Shown one piece after another: positions 28,308 through 38,178 of a DNA stretch of 64,000 nt. The stretch comes from an uncultured virus (IMG/VR IMGVR_UViG_3300037067_017539). Lineage: Duplodnaviria; Heunggongvirae; Uroviricota; Caudoviricetes. A model generated the notes under the pieces. That model was not told the origin of the DNA. It did not search any database and saw only the letters and a program-made list of their open reading frames with translations. The position numbers and the translations under genes are program-made. The stretch lies in IMG/VR virus record IMGVR_UViG_3300037067_017539. One strand, given 5' to 3'. How positions within the stretch are numbered: the first letter of the stretch is position 1; every line of letters begins with the position of its first letter.

Positions 28308-29561
28308 ATGTTTAAAAAATTAACTGTAGAGAACTTTCAAAGCTGGGAGTATGCCGAATTAGAATTTTCACCCGGTGTGAATATTATTCATGGGCTGGGT
28401 ACTTCTGGTAAAACAGCATTGATCCAAAGGGCCACAAGGTTATTGATTGATAATAAACCTTTAGGCGGGAAGAATTTTTCTAATTTTGCTGGTAAAAAGG
28501 GTGATATTAAAATTGCCTTAACAACTGTTGAAGGGGATGAAATAGGTTTTACAAGAACGGTTCATGTTAATAAAAATGGTGAAAAGGTTGTTGATAAAAC
28601 GGAATACTCTTTGAATGACAACGAACCGTTTAGTGGTTGTAAGGATAAAGTGCCGGATCAAATTGTTGAAAAATTAAATTTATCTGAATTGTGTCGGCAA
28701 AAACAATTTGATGCCCCATTTTTAGTAATGGCGTCGCCGGGGGAAGTTGGCCGTATAATTAACCGGGTAACACGACTTGAACAGGTTGACGAATGGGTTG
28801 CTGATTTAAAGTCTGAAATTGGTTCCAATAATCGAAAAATAACGTTGCTTGAAGAAACCCGGGATGACATTAAAAACAAACTGCTTAAGTATGATGATGT
28901 TGATGAACTTGAAAACATTATTTTAGGGCTTGTTGAAACAGATAAGGAATATAATACGTTGACTGAAAATGTTGACGCATTGTTTAACGCTGTTATAAAA
29001 CTTGATGATATAGACGAACGGCTTGCTGAATTGGAACTTATGGTTAAGGCTGAACGGTATGTTTTAAGGGCAGAAAAGTTCAACAAAGAATTAATTTTGT
29101 TTGATGAATTTGAAGAGGTTGTTGAAAATGCCTGTATAATAGCAGATAGAGTGTTGCGGTTAAATTCCGTTTGTAATGCCCTTGAAAATATATTGGCTCC
29201 ATTACGGGTGGTCACAGATGAATTTAATGAATTTGCACTTAAAGAATCGTATTTGAATTTATATGTTGATAGTTCTGATAAGATATTGGTTTTGAAGGAA
29301 CTGCTTACATGTTTGGAAGGAACTTTTACTGGGCTTAATGATGCGGCAAAGCTTTGTAATGTTTTAAATGATGATAAGGTTACTTTGTTTGAATGCATAA
29401 CTGATGTCGAAAGTGACTCTGAATTTATTAACAAGGCAGAAGTTAAATTGGCAGACGTAAAGGCCGAATATTTACTGGCATTAAAAGAAGCCGGAAAATG
29501 CCCAGTTTGTTATCATAAGATGAATGCTGGTGATCTTAAACGGATTTTAGGGGAACTTTAA
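28308..29561 (+). CDS. SbcC/Rad50-like ATPase, N-terminal half
   Basis: LTVENFQS, GLGTSGKT, Q-loop, coiled coil, ends at CPVC hook. Confidence 0.85.
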   Translation: MFKKLTVENFQSWEYAELEFSPGVNIIHGLGTSGKTALIQRATRLLIDNKPLGGKNFSNFAGKKGDIKIALTTVEGDEIGFTRTVHVNKNGEKVVDKTEYSLNDNEPFSGCKDKVPDQIVEKLNLSELCRQKQFDAPFLVMASPGEVGRIINRVTRLEQVDEWVADLKSEIGSNNRKITLLEETRDDIKNKLLKYDDVDELENIILGLVETDKEYNTLTENVDALFNAVIKLDDIDERLAELELMVKAERYVLRAEKFNKELILFDEFEEVVENACIIADRVLRLNSVCNALENILAPLRVVTDEFNEFALKESYLNLYVDSSDKILVLKELLTCLEGTFTGLNDAAKLCNVLNDDKVTLFECITDVESDSEFINKAEVKLADVKAEYLLALKEAGKCPVCYHKMNAGDLKRILGEL

Positions 29562-29581
29562 GCGGAGTTTAGGAGTTTATT

Positions 29582-29746
29582 ATGGAATGTGAATTTTGTG
29601 GTTCTAAAAAGGCATTTAGAAGAAGGCAGAAAACAAAATATAATGATGATAAAAAAAATTTTGCTGTTCTTTGTGACGATTGTCAAAAACAGAATGATGA
29701 ATATTGGAAAGAACAATGGAAAGAATATTATTCTGAATGCCGATAA
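29582..29746 (+). CDS. small Zn-finger protein (54 aa, not in ORF track)
   Basis: RBS AGGAG; MECEFCGS...LCDDC. Confidence 0.6.
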   Translation: MECEFCGSKKAFRRRQKTKYNDDKKNFAVLCDDCQKQNDEYWKEQWKEYYSECR

Positions 29747-29758
29747 ATAGGAGGAACT

Positions 29759-30688
29759 GTGAAGTTTATTGAAGTTTCAGATTTGCATCTTGTTGTAAAA
29801 AATCCCAAAGCACGAAGGGATGATTTGGTTGTAAGTCAGTTCAACAAGCTTAATTTCATTCTTAAGTTTGCAAAAGATCATGATGCCAGTATTTTACAAG
29901 CTGGGGACTTTTTTAATTCGCCTCGCTCATGGATGTTATTGCCGGAAGTAATGGATGTTTTAAGGCGTTATTGTGTTGATATTTATTGTGTGTATGGTCA
30001 ACACGATACTTATATGTATTCAGAAGAAACGCGGTATAGAACGAACCTTGGAATTTTGGCAAAGGCAGGATTAGTGAAGATTCTTTGTGATATACCAGAA
30101 AGCTTTGATGATGGAGAAGTTTTGGTTTATGGAGCCCATTTTGGAAGCAGGTTGCCAATTATTGATAAAGTAAAAGGCGTTTATCAAATTGGTGTAATTC
30201 ATGCCCCTATTGCTGAGGCTGCAATTTATCCCGGCCAGAAATATTGGGACGCATCCCAATATTTGGCGAGAAATGACGGATACAACAATATTCTTTGTGC
30301 TGATATACATCGGAGCTTTAATTATTCCATTGCAGGTAGAACAATTTTAAATACAGGCCCAATAATCCGTAAGGAAGCCACAGAATATAATTTTCAACAC
30401 CTTCCGCATGTTTACCTTTTGGATACAAATATTAATGTTGCCACCAAGATTCTTGTTCCGGCAGAAGATGGTGAAGTGGTGCTTGATCGGTCGCATATTG
30501 ACAAGGCTGATGACATTACAGATATGATGGACTCCTTTGTGGATAGTATTGTTAACGATGGTACAGAAACAAATGGGGCGGTTTACGGCTGTTCTTTTGA
30601 ACAAAACCTTTTGGATTTTTATGAGCAACATGGGATTGAAGAATCTGTAAAAAGAAAAATTTCCTTAACTATGGAAAAAAGGGGGTAA
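29759..30688 (+). CDS. SbcD/Mre11-like metallophosphoesterase nuclease
   Basis: SDLH, AGDFF, GQHD, ADIH, NTG. Confidence 0.85.
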   Translation: MKFIEVSDLHLVVKNPKARRDDLVVSQFNKLNFILKFAKDHDASILQAGDFFNSPRSWMLLPEVMDVLRRYCVDIYCVYGQHDTYMYSEETRYRTNLGILAKAGLVKILCDIPESFDDGEVLVYGAHFGSRLPIIDKVKGVYQIGVIHAPIAEAAIYPGQKYWDASQYLARNDGYNNILCADIHRSFNYSIAGRTILNTGPIIRKEATEYNFQHLPHVYLLDTNINVATKILVPAEDGEVVLDRSHIDKADDITDMMDSFVDSIVNDGTETNGAVYGCSFEQNLLDFYEQHGIEESVKRKISLTMEKRG

Positions 30689-30696
30689 TATATATT

Positions 30697-30948
30697 ATGA
30701 ATGAAGTTGAAAATGTATTAAAAAAATTATCTGATAAAATTAATAGGGTCAAAACGGATATTGCTCGGCAGGAAGGCGCAAGGCAATCTGTGATGGAAAA
30801 TATCGAAAAGAATTTTGGTGTTAAAACGCTTGAAGAAGTAAAAGAATTGTTGGCAAAGAAACGGGTTGAATTGACTGGTAAAGAAAAAGAAAGGGATGAA
30901 TTACTTAAGCTTGCAAAAGAAAAATTGGAAAAGTTTGAAGAAGTCTAA
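30697..30948 (+). CDS. short coiled-coil protein
   Basis: 83 aa heptad pattern following SbcD. Confidence 0.65.
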   Translation: MNEVENVLKKLSDKINRVKTDIARQEGARQSVMENIEKNFGVKTLEEVKELLAKKRVELTGKEKERDELLKLAKEKLEKFEEV

Positions 30949-30988
30949 TTTGTATTGACAATTAATTTAAAATTAAACAGGAGAAAAC

Positions 30989-31279
30989 ATGGAATTAAAT
31001 TGTGGTGGTGGCGGTATGAATGTAAAATGTTGTGATGAGACAATAGAAAATCATGTTGGTCTTGCAAGGGCAATTGAACGCATTGATAGTGTTTCATTGA
31101 ATTTAGAAGGGCTTATTCATAAGATTGATCCTGAAATGATAGATCAAGCGGGTAGCCCAACAACTCAACAAACAGATTCAAGTTTACATGAAGTGTTGGC
31201 TTATGGATCAAGTCGTATTGATAGCAAGCTTGAGACGATTCATAAATTGATTCAGGATTTGAGAAAAGCTTTGTTTTAA
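30989..31279 (+). CDS. hypothetical protein
   Basis: RBS AGGAG; followed by hairpin 31288-31321. Confidence 0.6.
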   Translation: MELNCGGGGMNVKCCDETIENHVGLARAIERIDSVSLNLEGLIHKIDPEMIDQAGSPTTQQTDSSLHEVLAYGSSRIDSKLETIHKLIQDLRKALF

Positions 31280-31335
31280 CCTGTAAATTGCCGGGTGAAG
31301 CCCTTATGGTTCATCCGGCAAAATAATTTAAGGGG

Positions 31336-31701
31336 TTGCAAATGTTATTTCTTAATTTAAAGGAAGAAACTGAAAAAGACAAAAAACCACCATGTAATGG
31401 GCCGGTTTACAGGGCGTCGGTTAGAAGCTATATTGGGTCAGGTAAAAATGGTCAAAAGGATCGGCTTAATTTTCATGTTCAATTGAACCGACTTAAAAGG
31501 AAAAGTTGTCCGGGTTGTGAACAGTGTGGGTATATATATGATTATCTCAATGAAATAGTTGAAAACGATGAGATTGAAGGTGTTTGTGATGTAGAAGATA
31601 AAAAACTTTATCGGTTTGAATTTGTTGCGGATGGTTATGATTATGAAGGTGGTTATTGTGATGATTGGCATTTAAAGTTGGTTGAACTTAAGGAAGGGTA
31701 A
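31336..31701 (+). CDS. hypothetical protein (SCPGCEQC motif)
   Basis: 121 aa ORF with RBS. Confidence 0.6.
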   Translation: MQMLFLNLKEETEKDKKPPCNGPVYRASVRSYIGSGKNGQKDRLNFHVQLNRLKRKSCPGCEQCGYIYDYLNEIVENDEIEGVCDVEDKKLYRFEFVADGYDYEGGYCDDWHLKLVELKEG

Positions 31702-31705
31702 TGAT

Positions 31706-31891
31706 ATGGATGATTATAAAATAAAAATTGATAAGGCAATATTTGAAGCGAATCGTTTTATTGAACGGGCGGAAGTATGGAAAAGACGATTTGCTCAAGA
31801 AAAATATATTCGTCCAAGTAAAGAAAATGGTGCTTGTAAACGGGCAAGTTTAGATTTAAGTTGGGCTTTATCTGAATTGAGAAAGCCATAA
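31706..31891 (+). CDS. hypothetical protein
   Basis: KRASLDLSWALSELRK C-terminus; fills operon gap. Confidence 0.55.
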   Translation: MDDYKIKIDKAIFEANRFIERAEVWKRRFAQEKYIRPSKENGACKRASLDLSWALSELRKP

Positions 31892-31912
31892 TAATTTAAG
31901 GGGTGAATATAA

Positions 31913-32593
31913 ATGGGACAGGTTCAGGAAATACTTGACGATTTTAAGAAAATTAAAATAAATCGTGATATTTTAACAGAGCAACTTAAAAAGTTCAAGA
32001 AAGATATTCGGATATTAAAGTTGACCAATGAGGATGTTATAAAAGCCCGGTGGGTGATGGCGGAGGTTCAGTTACTTACGCAAAAACGGTTTAAAGATAA
32101 GTTTGAAAACCTGATTACCCTTGCAATCCAAAGCATATGGGACAGGCCGCTTCGGTTCTGTTTGGAGTTTGAACAAAAACGTAACCAAATGCAGTGCAAC
32201 ATTATTCTTAAGGAAACTGTTGATGGCGTTGAACGTGTTTATTCTGATTTGGAAAATGAAGTGGGTGGCAGTATGCTTGATGTTATTTCCTTTATGGCCA
32301 GAATAATTCTTTGGAGCCTTGAACGGCCAAGAAGCAGGAATGTAATTATCCTGGACGAGCCAATGAAAAACATGGGTGAACTTATTCTTTTTGGTGGGCA
32401 AATTATCAGGGAAATTTCTCATAAATTAAAATTTCAGTTGATCATCATAACCCATGATAAAGAATTGATTGATATTGCGGATAAAGCTTGGCAGGTAACT
32501 CATGACGGAAACAAATCGTATTTAAAGTTGGTTAAAGATTATGGAGAAATATATGGTGATATCGAAGAAACCAAAAAAGAAAACGTATGTTGA
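31913..32593 (+). CDS. SbcC/Rad50-like ATPase, C-terminal half
   Basis: Degenerate signature VGGSM, Walker B IILDEP, H-loop IITH. Confidence 0.85.
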   Translation: MGQVQEILDDFKKIKINRDILTEQLKKFKKDIRILKLTNEDVIKARWVMAEVQLLTQKRFKDKFENLITLAIQSIWDRPLRFCLEFEQKRNQMQCNIILKETVDGVERVYSDLENEVGGSMLDVISFMARIILWSLERPRSRNVIILDEPMKNMGELILFGGQIIREISHKLKFQLIIITHDKELIDIADKAWQVTHDGNKSYLKLVKDYGEIYGDIEETKKENVC

Positions 32594-32924
32594 AAGCCGG
32601 CTACCAAATCAAAATCCTTCAAAAAAAATGAATAAACTTTATTCATTGTATAATTGTTCGGTATGCGGTGAACCCAAAAAGCCAAATTGTTTTAATCGTC
32701 ATTTAAAAGGATATGAAGATGTTTGTATAAAGTGTCGGCGTAAACTTGGAATTGAATCGTTACCAGAAAAAAGAAAAATTGAACAAAAAAGAAAAAGAAA
32801 AAGAAAAATAAAAACGAAATGTATGCGGTGTGGGAAATTTTTTATGAGTGAGATATGGGGTGGTAAAAGTAGAAATAGGAATCGGATTTGTGAAAAATGT
32901 CATGGTGAAATTGTGTATATATAA
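32541..32924 (+). CDS. basic Zn-finger protein
   Basis: Four CxxC pairs; start uncertain. Confidence 0.5.
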   Translation: MEKYMVISKKPKKKTYVESRLPNQNPSKKMNKLYSLYNCSVCGEPKKPNCFNRHLKGYEDVCIKCRRKLGIESLPEKRKIEQKRKRKRKIKTKCMRCGKFFMSEIWGGKSRNRNRICEKCHGEIVYI

Positions 32925-32936
32925 ATAGGGGGTAAA

Positions 32937-33299
32937 TTGGATAAAAAACTTTTATTTTCAGTTCAGAAAAAAGATTTTATTATTCAGACGTTTAAGGCTG
33001 GTGGTGCCGGGGGCCAACATCAGAATAAGACGGATAGTGGGGTAAGAATCATCCATAAGGCTTCTGGTGCTGTTGGTGAATGTAGAAACGAACGGAGCCA
33101 ACACAGAAACAAGCGGCTTGCATTACAGCGGTTAACTGCAAGCGTTAAGTTTAAATTGTGGGTAAATGCAAAGGCATTTGAATTTATGGACGAAACCACT
33201 ATTGATCAAAGGGTAGATGCTGCAATGGTAGATAAAAACCTTAAGGTTGAAGGCAAAGACGATAATGGGAAATGGGAAATAATAACAGAAGAAGAATAA
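32937..33299 (+). CDS. GGQ peptidyl-tRNA hydrolase domain protein (RF-1 domain, ArfB-like)
   Basis: [22 protein letters not shown]...ERSQHRNK. Confidence 0.88.
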   Translation: MDKKLLFSVQKKDFIIQTFKAGGAGGQHQNKTDSGVRIIHKASGAVGECRNERSQHRNKRLALQRLTASVKFKLWVNAKAFEFMDETTIDQRVDAAMVDKNLKVEGKDDNGKWEIITEEE

Positions 33300-33328
33300 A
33301 ATATAGGCTTATGTTGCCAGTGTTTCTG

Positions 33329-33400
33329 AAGGATTATTTTTAAGATTTTTTAAAAATAATCCTTTTCTTTTTTAAAAAGATGATATATTATGAATTTAAA
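33329..33400 (+). promoter_or_regulatory. repeated promoter element, copy 5
   Basis: AAGGATTATTTTTAA...TTAAAAATAATCCTT; TTTTCT-17 nt-TATTAT(33386). Confidence 0.8.
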
Positions 33401-33438
33401 GGATGAGGGCAATTAACAAAAAAATGAAAGGGCCGACA

Positions 33439-33858
33439 ATGACATTATTTGAAATGGGCACTTGTTCACGATGCGGCGGAACCGGAAAATATAGTTGGAA
33501 CGCTAAACATGGAACTATGTGTTTTAAATGTCTCGGCAAAGGAAAAATTTACACAAAAAAGGGTCAGGCGGCCTTAGAATTTTATCAAAAAAGTTTGATG
33601 AAAAATATAGAAGATGTTGAAGTTGGAAATTTTATGTGGGAAAAAGGCGGTTGGCAAGAAATAACAAAAATCAGCAAAATAGAAGAAATTGATAATGGTT
33701 GGCATTTTGAATTTAAAAATTGCAGAGGTTTTAAAATTGGTTTTTCTGGTAGTCCGAAAATTAAAGTTGTGGTCAATGAAAACGAACGGAAAGAGCTTAT
33801 TAAAAAAGCGATTGAATACCAAAATTCTTTGACAAAAAAGGCTTGCCAAGAAAAATAA
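33439..33858 (+). CDS. protein with DnaJ-type CxxCxGxG Zn finger
   Basis: CSRCGGTG...CFKCLGKG. Confidence 0.7.
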   Translation: MTLFEMGTCSRCGGTGKYSWNAKHGTMCFKCLGKGKIYTKKGQAALEFYQKSLMKNIEDVEVGNFMWEKGGWQEITKISKIEEIDNGWHFEFKNCRGFKIGFSGSPKIKVVVNENERKELIKKAIEYQNSLTKKACQEK

Positions 33859-33887
33859 GAAAACCAAAAAATGAAGGGGATAATATA

Positions 33888-34124
33888 ATGGCAAAAAATT
33901 CAATGGAATGGCATGAAAATTGTTTAAAAAATTGGCTTGCTTATCGTGATAAAATAAAACAAGAAGTATATGATCGTTTGGCTGAACTTGAGGCTGAACT
34001 TGAAAGAAATGAAAAAGGATTGAAATTTTACCAGTTACAAGTTGAAACCGCAAAGGCTGAAGGTAAAGACGGTTTTGATGAAGGAAAATTTCTCGTTAAG
34101 CGAAATAAAAAGGGGGAGAAATAA
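33888..34124 (+). CDS. hypothetical coiled-coil protein
   Basis: RBS AAGGGG. Confidence 0.6.
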   Translation: MAKNSMEWHENCLKNWLAYRDKIKQEVYDRLAELEAELERNEKGLKFYQLQVETAKAEGKDGFDEGKFLVKRNKKGEK

Positions 34125-34330
34125 TGGAAGTGTATTTTGCCAATGAACATAACAATCCGCCAAAACCATTCAATCTGCATTATAACCCGTTGGCTGTTAA
34201 ATGGTCTGAAGCTGCAAGTAAGGCAGTGGCAAAGATGGAACCATTTGTAAGCCGGGCAGAAAGAAGGCTGGCATGGGTTAAAGCTTACGAACAGGCCAAA
34301 GAAAGGAGTTTGATAAATGAAACAGCATAA
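34124..34330 (+). CDS. hypothetical protein
   Basis: Coupled TAATG start. Confidence 0.55.
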   Translation: MEVYFANEHNNPPKPFNLHYNPLAVKWSEAASKAVAKMEPFVSRAERRLAWVKAYEQAKERSLINETA

Positions 34331-34697
34331 AGTTGAAGAAAAGGTATTAACTGAAATTATTAAACATTTGGTTGTTGCTTTCGGTTGTTTAGTGGTTGCG
34401 TGGATTACGTTTGATCATCTTGATGCCTTGGTTATTTTGAATCCGGAATATTTGTTGCCGGCAAGAGAAATTAAAGTGGCGGTGTTTTTGTTGCTTATAG
34501 CTGCAATGACATTCAGTATTTATAAATTTAATTCAAAAGTTCCGATATGGCCATATGAAGAAATTGCATCCGTAAATGATAAAAAATGGCCGGCAGTACG
34601 ATTCAGTCCAAGATGTTATGGGTGTAAAGCACAGAAAGAAAACGGTATTGAATATTGTTTACGGTGTTCAGGGTTTAATGCGGAAGACCATTATTAA
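34317..34697 (+). CDS. membrane protein with 2 TM segments and C-terminal CxxC pairs
   Basis: Hydrophobic segments; CYGC, CLRC. Confidence 0.6.
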   Translation: MKQHKVEEKVLTEIIKHLVVAFGCLVVAWITFDHLDALVILNPEYLLPAREIKVAVFLLLIAAMTFSIYKFNSKVPIWPYEEIASVNDKKWPAVRFSPRCYGCKAQKENGIEYCLRCSGFNAEDHY

Positions 34698-34800
34698 AAT
34701 TAAACGGTGCAATTTGCCCACTATGGCGTTTAAAGTGGTGGGTATAGGTATTGGTAAGGGTAACACCATATAAGATAAATAAAGGGGGTATTAAAAGCTG

Positions 34801-35130
34801 ATGAATTTAACAATACATGCAACTGAATATGAAGAAGGAACCGTAAGGGTTGATTTAATTAAGGCCTTAACAAAAGGTCAATTACCTTCTGTTTATTGTG
34901 ATGTTGAACCGAACGTGTATTTAAGTGGTAATTCTTGGAATCAATTGGTTTTGGCTTCAAAGAAAGATGAAGATGGCAATCCGATTATAGGAAATAATGA
35001 TAAATTGGTTGTCGGCATGGCTTACACCAAAGAATATTTTTATGAACAGATTGAATACTGCAAAAGGGCGGTTGAGCGGTTGGATATCATTAATAATGGC
35101 AAACAAAACAAAATTATGATTGAATTATAA
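34801..35130 (+). CDS. paralogue family member 1 (LPxxYxxxEPNV family)
   Basis: LPSVYCDVEPNVY...KEYFYEQIEYCK. Confidence 0.7.
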   Translation: MNLTIHATEYEEGTVRVDLIKALTKGQLPSVYCDVEPNVYLSGNSWNQLVLASKKDEDGNPIIGNNDKLVVGMAYTKEYFYEQIEYCKRAVERLDIINNGKQNKIMIEL

Positions 35131-35141
35131 AGGCGGATTCA

Positions 35142-35366
35142 ATGGAAACCAAAATGGCAATTGCATTGTGTGGAACGGGGCCGATTGTGGGTGCAAATGG
35201 TAAGCCTTCCGTAAGAAATCGAAAAGGTTGGAAGGCTTACGCAAAAAGGGAAGCGGAAAAGAAAAGTAAACGAGAACACTTTGTTTGGACTGGGTTCTGT
35301 GCATGGATACCACAAAGAGGTTGCTACAGAATAAGTTTTGCTGGTGACAAAAGAAAGGGGAATTAA
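35142..35366 (+). CDS. small basic protein
   Basis: 74 aa between paralogues 1 and 2. Confidence 0.5.
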   Translation: METKMAIALCGTGPIVGANGKPSVRNRKGWKAYAKREAEKKSKREHFVWTGFCAWIPQRGCYRISFAGDKRKGN

Positions 35367-35370
35367 TCCG

Positions 35371-35712
35371 ATGAAAATAAAAATTAATGCTTCAGAACTG
35401 AAAAACGGTAGAATAAAGGTTAAAAGTATTGAAGCAACAATAAACGAACCGTTGCCGGAAAAATATGAAGTTGAAGAACCCAATGTGTATGTTGATAACA
35501 ATAATCAGGAAATATATCTTGGCTTAAGTGGTGACGGCTGTAACATGCTTAAGGCCGGGCTCAGTTACACCAAAGAATATTTCAACGAACAGATTGCATA
35601 TTGTAACGAATCAATGGATCGGCTGAAGAAAATCAGGGCTATGTTGAAAGAAGAAGAAATTGAAAAGGCGGAAATGCTTAAAGAAATTCGGAGTTTTACA
35701 ATTGAAATGTAA
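35371..35712 (+). CDS. paralogue family member 2
   Basis: LPEKYEVEEPNVY...KEYFNEQIAYCN. Confidence 0.7.
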   Translation: MKIKINASELKNGRIKVKSIEATINEPLPEKYEVEEPNVYVDNNNQEIYLGLSGDGCNMLKAGLSYTKEYFNEQIAYCNESMDRLKKIRAMLKEEEIEKAEMLKEIRSFTIEM

Positions 35713-35721
35713 AGGAGGTTT

Positions 35722-36087
35722 TTGATGAAATTAAAAATTGAAGGCATAGAGCTTGAAAATGGTGACATAGAAATAATCAGGATTAAAGGGTTGGCATATG
35801 AACGGTTGCCTAAAGAATACAGCTATAAAGAACCGAATGTGCAAGTATCTAATTCTTCTCCGGTGAAAATGTATCTTGAAGAGGTTTCTGATGATGGTTG
35901 TAGAGCTTCAGAAACGCTGACTATCGGTGAAGTTGTTTCAAAGGCCTATTTTGATAAACAAGTTGAATACTGCAAAAAGGCAGCTGCCCGGTTAAAGGCA
36001 ATTAATAAAATGATACGAGATTCAGGTAAAATCAAAAAAGAATCAACACAGGAGCAGACCGGCCGTAGATTTATCATTGAATTTTAA
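35722..36087 (+). CDS. paralogue family member 3
   Basis: LPKEYSYKEPNVQ...KAYFDKQVEYCK. Confidence 0.7.
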   Translation: MMKLKIEGIELENGDIEIIRIKGLAYERLPKEYSYKEPNVQVSNSSPVKMYLEEVSDDGCRASETLTIGEVVSKAYFDKQVEYCKKAAARLKAINKMIRDSGKIKKESTQEQTGRRFIIEF

Positions 36088-36194
36088 CAAAACATTACCA
36101 AAAAGACGATAAAATTTTACCAAAAAGATAAATAAAACCATGAAAAATTAGAAATATCTGTTAAAAATGTTCAAAATGAATTAAAAATGCGATT

Positions 36195-36899
36195 ATGAAA
36201 ATAAATCGCATACAACCAGACGAAACAAATATTGTTGAGGGCGTACCAAAGAAGCCAAGAAAAAAGACCGGTAGAAAACCCGGTGGCGTAAATGGTGCAA
36301 AACAAAAACGAAGTAAAAACAGAAGATACTTCAAGGTAAAACCATTTGTTGAACAATATCTGGTCGATCATAATGCAGTTAAAGCGTGGCAAAGGGCGTT
36401 TGGGCCGGGTGAATACAGTGCTGATGCCCATAACGCTCAACAAGCTTTAGCAAGGCCAGATGTTCAACAAATGATTCACGAACGGCAACAAGAAATTTTA
36501 GAAAAGTCAAGGGTTAATGTAACACAGGAACAAGTTATTCAAGAATTAATGGCAATAGCATTCAGCAATATTAAGGATATTATTAAATGGGAACCCAATG
36601 GCGGCATAACATACAAAGGTTCGGATGCTTTAACACGTCAACAGGCTGGAGCAATCAGTGAGATTAACCAAACTATTAGGCCAGATGGCGGTGGGTCATT
36701 GAAGTTTAAATTCTATAATAAGATGGACGCCCTCGTCATGATAGGTAAGTATCTTGGTTTATTTTTTGATGATGATAATAGTAAGAAAAAAGACCCGGTT
36801 GAAGAAGCAAAAAAGATCAAAAATGCATTAATGGAAATGGATGATAAAATGCAAACAAAAGAACAGGCGATAAAGGCCATAGGTAAGAAACCTTTATAA
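36195..36899 (+). CDS. terS: terminase small subunit
   Basis: FVEQYLVDHNAVKA...VTQEQVIQELMAIAFSNIKD...KFYNKMDAL..IGKYLGLF. Confidence 0.85.
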   Translation: MKINRIQPDETNIVEGVPKKPRKKTGRKPGGVNGAKQKRSKNRRYFKVKPFVEQYLVDHNAVKAWQRAFGPGEYSADAHNAQQALARPDVQQMIHERQQEILEKSRVNVTQEQVIQELMAIAFSNIKDIIKWEPNGGITYKGSDALTRQQAGAISEINQTIRPDGGGSLKFKFYNKMDALVMIGKYLGLFFDDDNSKKKDPVEEAKKIKNALMEMDDKMQTKEQAIKAIGKKPL

Positions 36900-36905
36900 A
36901 AAAGG

Positions 36906-37118
36906 ATGATAACAATGGCAGATATGTTCAGAAGGCAATTAGATAGGCGTGTAAGTTGGGGCGGTGTTCATTCTGAAGATTGTAATCCTTATCATGGAAA
37001 AAATAAACCATTGTTAAATAGGCTTGCAAGGAGAATTGTTAATCATATTGACGATTTTGAACATGAAGGCTATAACGATTATTTTATAAAGGATAATAGC
37101 AATGAAACAAGACCTTGA
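36906..37118 (+). CDS. hypothetical protein
   Basis: 70 aa in dense + strand array. Confidence 0.5.
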   Translation: MITMADMFRRQLDRRVSWGGVHSEDCNPYHGKNKPLLNRLARRIVNHIDDFEHEGYNDYFIKDNSNETRP

Positions 37119-37314
37119 AAAAGCAATATGTGATGCGCTCGGTCTAAAGCATGTAATAAGCCTTGATTTACATCTGGAGCATAACAAGCCAATAACCGTT
37201 GAAGCCTTCATGTATGTAGAGTTAGAAGGCATTAAACAACTGGTTCCGGTAATTAAGAAGTTTAAACTGGTTCCGGTTGAATTTGATAAAAAACAAATTG
37301 AAGATAATAATTAA
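37102..37314 (+). CDS. hypothetical protein
   Basis: 70 aa with RBS AAGGA. Confidence 0.55.
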   Translation: MKQDLEKAICDALGLKHVISLDLHLEHNKPITVEAFMYVELEGIKQLVPVIKKFKLVPVEFDKKQIEDNN

Positions 37315-37317
37315 GAA

Positions 37318-37701
37318 TTGGGAAGGAAACTCATTATAATGAAAATGGCATACACAGCAATAGACCCCCAAACCAGTGAATGTTATGGCATATGCCTTGC
37401 CGACCCTTGTTATATAAAGGAAGCTTGTAAAGAGGTTATAAGGTGGCAAAAGCAAGGGGCTATTATAAGGCTTTTGCCATTTGATGAAGCTAATGATTTG
37501 TTTGATGGTAAAAAGAAGTGCGTGACAGTACAGGAAGGTAAAGAGATTCTATCAAAGTTACTGGGCTGCAAAAGGGTTGAGGAAACACGGGAAGCAAAGG
37601 TTAAGGTTGCACAACAAAAAAGCTTTCAACAATTATCACAGGATTTCAGACAGGCCGTATTTAATTTAAAAAAAGCGTGTTTAAATAAACAATCTTATTA
37701 A
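37318..37701 (+). CDS. hypothetical protein
   Basis: 127 aa; start uncertain. Confidence 0.5.
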   Translation: MGRKLIIMKMAYTAIDPQTSECYGICLADPCYIKEACKEVIRWQKQGAIIRLLPFDEANDLFDGKKKCVTVQEGKEILSKLLGCKRVEETREAKVKVAQQKSFQQLSQDFRQAVFNLKKACLNKQSY

Positions 37702-37746
37702 TATAAGGCAAAACTATTATGAAGAATATGTTGATTGTAAATCTTC

Positions 37747-38178
37747 ATGATAAATAAAAAAAGAATAAAAATCCCAACTCCCCGTACTGGGAATTTCCCC
37801 CAGCAAAAAAAATACAAAAAGTACTGGAAACTAATCATGATAAAACCAATCTTGACAGAAAAAACAAAAGACAGATTATACGGTTATCTTATTAAGCTTG
37901 ATGATATGATGGGTGATGGGTTGCATCATGAACCAGATGGCAAATGGATTAAAAAAGAATACAAGGATGTAATGAAAGCGCTTGGTATAGGGCCACAGCT
38001 ACAAAGAAAAGATAACACACAGGTAATAAATAAATTTATGGTTGGCCGGATTGCTGCGGTACAATGTTTAAAATGCAAGGGTAAATTAAAGCAGACTCGG
38101 AGCGGTTCAACCATTGGTAAATGTGTTGATTGTGGCGCAAGATATCGTCTTATGAAGATAAAGTCAAAAGGGGGTTGA
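37747..38178 (+). CDS. Zn-ribbon hypothetical protein
   Basis: CLKC...CVDC; true start probably internal. Confidence 0.6.
   Translation: MINKKRIKIPTPRTGNFPQQKKYKKYWKLIMIKPILTEKTKDRLYGYLIKLDDMMGDGLHHEPDGKWIKKEYKDVMKALGIGPQLQRKDNTQVINKFMVGRIAAVQCLKCKGKLKQTRSGSTIGKCVDCGARYRLMKIKSKGG

Noticed and set aside
32937..33299. Release factor as evidence for an alternative genetic code
   Set aside because: Only the GGQ domain is present, and gene density under the standard code is already high.
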